Of a DNA stretch of 64,000 bases, positions 54,430-64,000 are shown one piece after another; the first letter of the stretch is position 1; each line of letters begins with the position of its first letter. This DNA is from Eledone cirrhosa (taxonomy: Eukaryota). The notes beneath the pieces were generated by a model. The model ran no database searches. It was not told the DNA's origin and saw only the letters and a list, made by a program, of their open reading frames with translations. Made by a program: the position numbers and the translations under genes. The stretch is from positions 27,094,001 to 27,158,000 of the forward strand of contig OZ024749.1 in NCBI GenBank assembly GCA_964016885.1, in the 5' to 3' direction.

Positions 54430-54928
54430 AGAAAAGGTGAAGTTGGAAATAGCACGGAAAATATATTTTAGAGTCTGTTTTTCTTTTTTTTTCCTTTCTT
54501 TGATTTGTCAAAGTGACATTATTGAAAAAAACAAGAGTGACAATTCTTTTAAAAAAGAGTTTTATAAAGTATTACCGGTTTCGATGTATTATTAAGATTC
54601 ATCTTATCAAATGTTGAGTATTACAATTAATGACTACACACCCCTCTCTCTAAACACAAGAACTCATACTCCAGTCCCCTTCTGAGCAAGGAAGATGGGG
54701 AAAAATCTTCCTCCATCACTTAATTTTTAATTTTTAATTTGATAAGATGAATTTTAATAATACATCAAAACCGGTAATACTTTATATACATTATAAAACT
54801 CTTTTTAAAAGGAATTGTCCCTTTCATTTTTCCAATAATGTCACTTTGACGAATCAAAGAAAGGAAAAAAAACAGACCCCTAAAATATATTTTCCGTGCC
54901 ATTTCCAACTTTACCTTCTCTCTCTCTA
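54430..54928. repeat. Diverged ~180-bp inverted repeat containing a decayed hammerhead core
   Basis: 54430-54612 vs 54738-54928; TTGATAA-GATG..CATC-GAAAC-CG-GTA on minus. Confidence 0.7.
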
Positions 54929-55947
54929 TTTCTCTCCCTATATATATATATTATAATTATAATGTTCAACTCATAAGGGTTGTAACGCTGGTTTCAAATA
55001 GATTGTGCATCTGCACATACACACGCGTAGTTTTCTTTCATGAACAAAAGATGGCCGACGCTATTAACGTAATATCTCATTAAGTGTAAGGGGAATAAGC
55101 CTATGTCTTAATTAATTTTTTTCCTAATGCAAGGGGTATAATTATAGTTAATCAGCTTTTAATTAAATGATTTTCCTAAATCAGGGGGAATGACTCTTGC
55201 TAATATTATAGCTATTCAGATGTATTAAAGTGTGTATTGGAGTCAAATGTTCATTAATTCTGTGTATGATTGCATGTATATGCCGTTATGCATATCTGGG
55301 TGTGAAGTTCTTTAAGGTGCTTGTGGGTTTGTGAAATAAGTTGGTAAATGGTCAAGGAGTGTTTGGGATACGTATTATGTGTGCGTGTCTGTATGTAACT
55401 ATATGTATCTGGGTGGTGTTTAAGATGGTACTGGGTTTGTAATAGTACTGGCCCATATATATTTGAAAATTTGCTGGTAACGTCGTGAGATATATTCCTC
55501 TGTATTTGAATTCGATTTTTCACGATTGATAATTGAGAACAGCGATTTGAAGACAGTGAGAAAAAGAAGTAGGCAATGAAACATATGTAAATGCTAGAAA
55601 TAAATCCTACTGTATCGCTTATCTGTGTTAGTCTCTTTTTATCTATCTCTATATGTATATCATTTAGCTATGATGTTATGAAATTAATTTTAAAAAGGTA
55701 GGCGAAGAAAATGGAAAATCGGAGGATAGACAGGGTAGTCCCTTCTCATCAGTCAGCCTCTGGAGGTACTTGTGATTTCAGTGCATTAAGGTCGATATAA
55801 CTATTTCCAGTGTACATAGGACAGTAACATGGATACAAGACAAGACAATTAGTCTCTTGACTATGCTGCAACTGAAAAGAAGAGATGGAGATAAAGCCCA
55901 ACATATTAAACAAGGAGAGAAAGTATGTACATATATATATATATATA

Positions 55948-56250
55948 TTCTGCCAATTGTGGTCTGTTACTTCAACAATTCTGACAATTGTGGTCTGGTG
56001 CTCTTGCAATTGTGTCAATTGTGGTCTGGTGCTCTCATAATTCTGTCAATTGTGGTCTGGTGTTCTTACAAGTCTGTCAATTGTGGTCTGGTGATCTCAT
56101 AATTCTGCCAATTGTGGTCTGGTGCTCTCATAATTCTGCCAATTGTGGTCTGGTGCTCTAATAATTCTGCCAATTGTGGTCTGGTGATCTCACAATTCTG
56201 CCAATTGTGGTCTAGTTCTTTGGCAATTCTGCCAATTTTGCCAACTCTGC
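55948..56250. repeat. 31-bp tandem repeat
   Basis: ttctgccaattgtggtctggtgctctcataa, ~9 copies. Confidence 0.88.
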
Positions 56251-56304
56251 TAGTCAACTTCTCTGTTTATAATAAATACAATAGCCACCAAAATTCCAAA
56301 AGTT

Positions 56305-56800
56305 AACTGATCTCTCTCTCTCTCTCTCTCTTTCTACCTCTATCTATCTATCTAGAGTTCACTGATCTCTCTCTCTCTCTAAAGTTCACTGATCTTTCTC
56401 TCTCTCTCTATCTACAGTTCACTGATTTCTCTCTCTCTCTCTATCTACAGTTCACTGATCTCTCTCGCTCTCTCTATCTATCTACAGTTCACTTATCTCT
56501 CTCTCTCTCTATCTATCTACAGTTCACTGATCTCTCTCTCTCCCTCTCTATCTACAGTTCACTGATCTCTCTCCCTCTCTATCTATCTACAGTTCACTGA
56601 TCTCTCCCTCTCTATCTATCTACAGTTCACTGATCTCTCCCTCTCTATCTATCTACAGTTCACTGAGCTCTCACTCTGTCTCTCCCCCTCTCTATCTACA
56701 GTTCACTGATCTCTCTCCCTCTCTATCTACAGTTCACTGATCTCTCTCTCTCTCCCTCTCTATCTATCTACAGTTCACTGATCTCTCTCTCTCCCTGTCT
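56305..56800. repeat. ~30-40-bp tandem repeat with (CT)n
   Basis: tctacagttcactga(tc)n..tcta repeated. Confidence 0.88.
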
Positions 56801-57115
56801 CTCTCATTCTCTCACTCTTATTCTCTTTCTTTCCATCTCTCTCTTTCTCCCGATTTCTCTCTTTCTGTTATTATCTATCACTTTATCGCATTCACTCTCT
56901 CTCACATACACACATACAACACACTGACTGTCTTACTCTCTCTTTTTTCTAGTTCTCACTCCCCCCCCCTCTCTCTCTGGTATTCTAGTCCTCTTCAGTC
57001 CTGTTCCTCTTCTCAGCATCTTCCAGTTCTGTAACCAGATCCTGCTTCTAAAAATTCTGGTTAGTTTGGCAGGGATCTGACTCAACTGATGGCTGCATAT
57101 ATATATATATATATA

Positions 57116-57792
57116 TATTATAAAATTAGTCCCTCATCAGTGATTTGCCAACCATCATTGCATTAAAAATCATATACCTCAGGTTGGTGCGAGCAATAAC
57201 TAAAATAAGCTATTGGGACAAGTGAATCGCGTAAAGCGAGTGAGACAAGTAAACAACATAAAAAGAAAAGCAAACCGAAGGTAGGAAAAAAAGCAAGCAA
57301 CATGATAGTTATCCGGTCAGCATAAGCTGGGTGAATTTCATGAGCGGTCAGAAAACAGACCGTCCGACATGAATGAGATGTGAGAAAGAAAGAATCCCAC
57401 TACTAACGAACGGGAGGAAGTGAGAAGGGGAGAAACAGAGAGTGAGTGAGTGGAAGTGCGAGGAAGAGGTCAGTCGAGAGAAAGTGTAACTGACAGAGGG
57501 GGCAAAAGAAGGTGAGAGAAACAGAGAGAACGGGGGAGCAAAAAGAGAGAAACAGACAATCGCAGTCGAGGTAAATATGTATAAAAAACAGGGGAAGAAA
57601 GAGGAAAACTGCGTGGTTGCACATGGGTTACATATTATAAAATTAGTCCCTCATCAGTGATTTGCCAACCATCATTGCATTAAAAATCATATACCTCAGG
57701 TTGGTGCGAGCAATAACTAAAATAAGCTATTGGGACAAGTGAATCGCGTAAAGCGAGTGAGACAAGTAAACAACATAGAAGGAAAAGCAAAT
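57116..57792. repeat. ~155-bp direct repeats about 520 bp apart (pLTR-like)
   Basis: tattataaaattagtccctcatcagtg...gacaagtaaacaacata at ~57116 and ~57633. Confidence 0.8.
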
Positions 57793-57794
57793 AT

Positions 57795-58075
57795 ATCATC
57801 ATCATCACCGTTTTACGTCCGTTCTTCCACGCTAGCATCGGTTAGACGGGTTGTCCTGTTGTGTGCAGTGTCTGGTCGGCTGACCATGCCTTGCTCATAC
57901 AGGAACTGATCTGGCTTGATTTCTACAGCTGGATGCCCTTCCTAACACCAACCTCATTTACAGTGAGTGCTGGGTGCTTTTTCGTGGCGCCTACACGTCC
58001 ACTTTACAGTGTGGGCTGGGTGCTTTTTTGCCGTGGCACCTCCACGACCACCTTGCGGTGGGGGGTGTGGGGGCA
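57795..58075 (-). mobile_element. SINE family 1 / RTE tail, partial
   Basis: Homology to 838-1125. Confidence 0.75.
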
Positions 58076-58111
58076 TATTGTTTATATGCTTCAGCATGTA
58101 CCCATGGGAGG

Positions 58112-58194
<83 letters not shown>

Positions 58195-58287
58195 GTATGT
58201 ATATATATATATATGTGTGTATATATATATATGTATATATGTATATATATGTGTGTGTGTGTATATATATATATATATGTATGTATG

Positions 58288-58318
<31 letters not shown>

Positions 58319-58413
58319 ATATATATATATATGTGTGTGTGTGTATATATATGTATGTATGTATATGTATATATATATATGTATGTGTGTATATATATAT
58401 ATGTATGTATATG

Positions 58414-58444
<31 letters not shown>

Positions 58445-58485
58445 ATATATATATATGTATGTATGTGTATATATATATATATATG

Positions 58486-58540
<55 letters not shown>

Positions 58541-58551
58541 ATATATATATA

Positions 58552-58605
<54 letters not shown>

Positions 58606-58608
<3 letters not shown>

Positions 58609-61600
58609 TCATCATCATCATCATCATCATCAACGTTTAACGTCCGTGTTCCACGCTTGCATGGGTTTGGACGGGGGTAGTCCCACTTGAGGCAAGAGTG
58701 ATTGTCTTGCTCGCATAGGACTGTCTGGCAGGTTTTCTACAGTTGGATGCCCTTCCTAACACCAACCACATTTACAGTGTGGATCTGGGAGGTTTTTACC
58801 GTGTTGCCTACACGGCCACATTACAGCATGGACTGTGTTTTTTTGTTGTGACACCTACACGATCTCATTTGTTTCAGCCTACACGATCTCATTTGTTTCG
58901 GCCTGGATGGCGCGGCACCAACATAACTTTACATAGAACGGGGTGGTGTGGATGGGGTGGTGGTGGTGGTGGTGGGACGGGGTGTATTTTGTTAGAGATG
59001 CCTACTGGCTGGAGTAGGTTTTACTATATATATTTAGGTAAGGCGGGTCTTCTCTGTTACTGAGTACCGCCAAAGGTCTCGGTCCAGTGACATTGTCTTG
59101 GAGAGGTGTAAGTGTGTGATGTCGGAGTTTATCAGCTCGTCCCAGGTTTTTCTAGGTCTGCCTATTCCGTGACTACCGTCTATCTTTATTGCCCTGCACT
59201 TTGTTATACAGCTATCGACTTTCATGCGCATCACGTGTCCATACCAACGTAGCCTTCTCTCGAGTAAACAACATCTGATCCCTCTTATCTCTAATTTTTT
59301 CCTTAGTTCGTTTCTGCTTTGCGTATATTACTATTACACATCCAGCGGAGCATGCAAGCTTCGTTTCTCTCTAGTCTGCGTATATCCTCTGCACACAATG
59401 CCCAGGTCTCACTGCCATGCAACATTGCTGTTCGAGCTTTTGTCGACTTGGAGAAAGCCTTCGACAGAGTTCCCCGCTCCATTATCTGGTGGGCTCTTAG
59501 AAAACTAGGCGTTGACGAATGGCTTGTGAGGGCTATACAAGCCATGTATAAAGAAACAGTCAGCAAGGTTAGAATTAACAACGAATATAGTGAAGAGTTT
59601 AGCGTAAAAGTTGGCGTCCATCAGGGCTCTGTTCTCAGCCCCCTACTATTTATTATTGCCCTTCAGGCTATAACAGAGGAGTTCAAGACAGGCTGCCCAT
59701 GGGAACTCCTATACGCAGACGACCTGACACTCATAGCGGAATCAATGGCCGAGCTAGAGAAGAAATTCCAAACATGGAAGCACGGCCTAGAGTCAAAAGG
59801 ACTTAAAATTAACCTGGCTAAGACCAAAGTTCTAGTTTGTAGGAAAGAAAACAAGGCGGCGGTCCCTTCTGGGAAATGGTCGTGCTCGGTGTGTAGGAAA
59901 GGCGTAGGTAGAAACTCCATTTTATGTCCTAAATGCAAAGTATGGGTGCATAAAAGATGTAGTGGGATCACAGGTAAGCTAACTAAGAACATAGATTTTA
60001 CATGTGGCCGGTGTTCTGGTGCAATAAGTAGCAGCAAGTGCCCACAAAATACTAGCTCTTTCAATTGCGCAGAGGGTTCTATAGAAATAGTGGACAGCTT
60101 CTGTTACCTGGGCGATAAAATCAGCAGTGGGGGAGGGTGCTCTGAAAGTACTGTAGCTAGAGTCAGAACTGGTTGGAAAAAGTTCAGAGAGCTTATACCA
60201 CTATTAGCTGCTAAAGGGTTCTCCCTAAAAATGAAAGGCAGGTTGTACGATGCCTAGCCCACCAGATAATGGAGCGGGGGACTCTGTCGAAGGCTTTCTC
60301 CAAGTCGACAAAAGCTAAGTAGAGGGGTTTACCTTTAGCTAGGTACTTCTCCTGTAGTTGTCGTACTATGAAAAGAGCGTCTGTGGTACTTTTGCCTGAC
60401 ACAAACCCGAACTGCATTTCATCTAGGTCAATTCTCTCTGATTAGTTGCGCTATTACTTTTTCCGTGACCTTCATGACCTGGTCGATTAATTTAATGCCT
60501 CTATAGTTACTCCTATCTAGGGCGTCTCCTTTACCCTTATAACAGTTAACAATGATGCTGCTATGCCAGTCCTTCGGAACAACCCCATTCTGTACGACTT
60601 GGTTAACTATGCGGGTGACCATGGTGTGTCCCACCGTGCCAGATGCCTTCAGCATCTCAGCAACTATTTCCGAAGGCCCAACCGCCTTACCCGTCTTCAT
60701 ATCCTTGATTGCCTTACTTATTATACTCCCCTCGACTAACACTGCTGGTCCCTCTATTGGGTTGATATGGGGGAGACTGTCTTTCTCCCATTTATTCTCC
60801 TCATTTCGTAGCCTTTTATAGTGACACTTCCAAGCTACCTTCTTATCAGTGTCGGTGATGGCAAGTATGCCATCATCGTTAAGTACACACTTCTCCCCGA
60901 CAATATCACGGTTTTCCTTGACGCATTGCCTAGCAATCCTGAACACCTCACGTTTTTGGTCATCGCGTTGTAGAACATGCTTGAACTTTCTTTCCTCAGC
61001 TTCCCTTCTTGCTAAGTACACTTCTCTCCTGGCCACTTGATAGTCTACTCTACTTCCCCCATCCCGCCATACTTTCCAAGCCTGCCTTTTGGCCTTAATT
61101 GACCCCTCCACCTTACTGTTCCACCACCATGTTACTCTCCTCCTGCCTACAGGCCTGCTCCAGCCACAGACTTCGTCTGTCGCCAACAGCAGGTTTGCTT
61201 TCAGAAATTCCCACTCTCCCTCTATATTGTCCGACTCTAAATGTTCTTCCTTACTGTCGAAAGCATCAAGTAATATGCTTTGAAATTTATTTCTGGCTGT
61301 GGGGTCCTTTAGCTTCCATATTTTTCTCCTGAGGATAGTCCTCTTCTGCTGTCGAGTACGTCTCGTCCTGACTATGAGGTCGCTAAGTATCAGTCTATGT
61401 TGGGAGGTGCATTCTTCATGGGGGAGGGATTTAGTGTTTACAACAGACATTCTGTCACGTCTTCTGGTAAGGATATAATCTACCTGGCTTGTGTGTTCCC
61501 CGGATCTATAGGTGATCAGGTGATTGTCACGTTTTTTGAAGTTAGTGTTACAGATAGTTAGGTTATTTGCATCACAGAATTCCAGGATTCTGGAGCCTTC

Positions 61601-61866
61601 CTCATTTCTAGTACCAAACCCATAGCCTCCATGGATTTCGTCGTAGCCGTCACAATGTTGTCCAACGTGACCATTTAGGTCGCCTGCAATAATTATATAG
61701 TCACTGTCAGATATTTGGGAGGTAGTTAGCAACAGTGTCTCATAGAATCTGTCTTTTATAGTGCCCGGCAGTTCGGATTGGGGTGCGTACACAGATATTA
61801 CTGTCACCGTAGTTCTATTGAGGACAAGTCGTATTTTAACTATTCTGTCGTTCACTCTATTTACGT
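58606..61866 (-). mobile_element. RTE-clade LINE (APE + RT) with an internal inverted segment 59435-60255
   Basis: APE motifs (VYAPQ, GDLNGHVG, SQVDYIL, SQHRL) and RT motifs (NYRGIKL, QFGF, FVDLEKAFDRV, GVHQGSVLSP, LYADD); 3'UTR and (GAT)n tail; disabling mutations. Confidence 0.93.
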
Positions 61867-62092
61867 CTATATATATATATATATAGGTAAATATGCATGC
61901 ATGCACACATATATGTTCACATACAAAAATGCATACACACACCTGCACACACATATACAAATACATACACACACACAAACAAAACCTTGTGTATATGTGT
62001 GTAATGGTTACGCAGTTGTGTATGTGGTGAAAGGAATACCTGAGGCTTGTATACATTCTTGTAGCTGTATTTGTGTGTGAGTGTATATATTT

Positions 62093-62124
<32 letters not shown>

Positions 62125-62125
<1 letters not shown>

Positions 62126-62808
62126 GTAATATAAGTGAACGGCAAAGCATAAATGAACTAAGTTAGAAATTAGGAATAAGAGGGATCAGATGCTGTTTAC
62201 TCGAGAGAAGACTATGTTGGTATGGTCACGTGATGCGCATGAAAGACGACAGCTGTATAAAAAAGTGCAGGGCGATCAAAATAGACAGTTACGGAGTAGG
62301 CAGACCCAGAAAATCCTGGGACGACTTGATAAATTCCGACCTCACACACTTACATCTCTCCAAGACAATGTCACTGGACCGAGATCTTTGGCGCTACACA
62401 GTAATACAGAAAACCCGCCTTGCCTAAGTGCAAAGCGAAACCTATAGTCAGTAGGCACCTCTTACCAAAATACACCCATGTCCCACTACCCACACCCCAT
62501 CCACACCACCCCCTTTCGATGTTAAGTTATGTTGGTACCACAACATCCAGTCCAAAATAAATGAGGTTGTGTAGGTGTCACAACAAAAAAACACACAGTC
62601 CACGCTGTAATGTGGCCTTGTAGGTAACACGGTGAAAACCTCCCAGTCCACACTGTAAACGTGGTCGGTGTTAGGAAGGGCATCCAGCCGTAGAAAACCC
62701 GCCAGACAGTCCTATATGAGCAAGACAACCAATATTGCCTCAAATGGGAAAATTACCGTCCAAACCCATGGTAGCGTGGAAGATGGACGTTAAACAATGA
62801 TGATGATG
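62125..62808 (+). mobile_element. RTE LINE 3' fragment (more diverged)
   Basis: WYGHVMRM...GRPRKSWDDL...DRDLWR plus 3'UTR and tail. Confidence 0.88.
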
Positions 62809-62906
62809 CTATATAATCATCATCATCCCTTAACATCAGGTTTCCCCTGCAAGCAAGGATATACACACACACACACACACACACACCTATATTTATGAAT
62901 ATATAT

Positions 62907-62955
<49 letters not shown>

Positions 62956-62968
62956 TATGTATATATAA

Positions 62969-63009
<41 letters not shown>

Positions 63010-63479
63010 TATGTATATATAAATATATGTATATATAAATACATATATATATATTGGTAAACGGAATAGAAAATGCTGACAAATTGTTCACAGTTGAAAA
63101 ATAGTTTAATTAGGAATAAAAGAGTATTAGTAATTGTATGGGTTAGTATTCAGTTGTGGTTTTAAGTTTTTAAGTTTTTACCGGTTGCGCATTTCTAAAT
63201 GCTTTTCAAAAATAATTTTGAGATAGAGTGTCCGTGTTGTTTGCTCTGATCTAATTAGTTTTGGGAATTCTACCTGTTTTTATGTTAAAAAAGTGGCTCC
63301 AGCGCTACTTTGGTGTTGCAAAAATTCTTGTGGTCAAAACAATTTTGATTGGTCGGTAGAGGTCATGTGAATGTAAAAAATTGATTTTGCGCCAAGACTG
63401 AGGAATGACTCTTTCACAACAAATATGTGTGTGTGTGTATGTGTGTGTAGTAGTAGTAAAGTGTTCGATGTTGTGATAA

Positions 63480-64000
63480 TGGTTCTAGTGACGTTCGATG
63501 TAGTCAACCTATACTCCAACATCCCCCACAACCTAGGAATAGAAGCTATCCAATTCTTGCTGGATAATTACCACAATGAACTCCCACAACGCATCAAAAA
63601 AGAATTTGTGATAGAGGAACTCAAATTTATCTTGGAGAACAATTACTTCGTTTTCAATAACAAACCTTACAGGCAGAAATCTGGGACCGCTATGGGAACG
63701 AAAACAGCCCCCACTTATGCCAACCTAGTCATGGGATACCTGGAAATCACCCTCTTCACTAAAGTCCTAAACAAATTTGGAAACACTTACACATTGAAAG
63801 GAACTGGAAGCGATATCTAGATGACTGCTTCATCCTTTGGCACGAAAACATCGAAAAACTTAAAGAATTTCACACCCTTATAAATGGGCTCAACACGAAT
63901 ATTAACTTCACGATGGAATACAGCCAGCAACAACTCCCCTTCCTCGACATCCTCATTAAGATCCATAACAAAAAAATAGAAACAGACATATACTACAAGC
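63480..64000 (+). mobile_element. Penelope-like element reverse transcriptase, 5'-truncated and frameshifted, runs off the window
   Basis: LVTFDVVNLYSNIP...NYFVFNNKPYRQKSGTAMGTKTAPTYANLVMG, then after a frameshift near 63790 WKRYLDDCFILW...INFTME...LPFLDI...TDIYYK. Confidence 0.9.

Noticed and set aside
55749-57095. Candidate upstream DNAAF11 exons (55749-55872 and ~56985-57048)
   Set aside because: No GNPC or LRR similarity, in-frame stops and no suitable donor; the N-terminal exons probably lie beyond 64000.

Overview
Eukaryotic, (TA)n-rich, repeat-dense animal DNA; the SINE, RTE and Penelope-like repeat mix suggests a cephalopod such as Octopus (inference). The one recognisable host gene is DNAAF11/LRRC6 (axonemal dynein assembly factor) on the minus strand. 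Eleven phase-compatible GT-AG exons (51064 down to the TGA at 6201; 960 nt, 319 aa) encode its C-terminal part, and the N-terminal LRR exons were not found in the window. The introns hold a ~15 kb 47-bp minisatellite, a ~105-bp minisatellite that repeats the neighbouring exon's splice acceptor, RTE, CR1-like, R4/Dong-like and Penelope-like retroelement fragments, tRNA-derived SINEs and MITEs. The most striking structure is a ~7.4 kb nested inverted repeat (37788-45233) built from three unrelated non-coding modules. Together they carry nine type I hammerhead-ribozyme motifs on both strands, two of the families in tandem arrays of 466-bp and 562/570-bp units (retrozyme or Penelope pLTR-like). 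All nine have palindromic helix III and a GUU cleavage triplet, and two families share an unusual C.A-closed, extended helix II. Motifs were identified by eye and their activity is untested.
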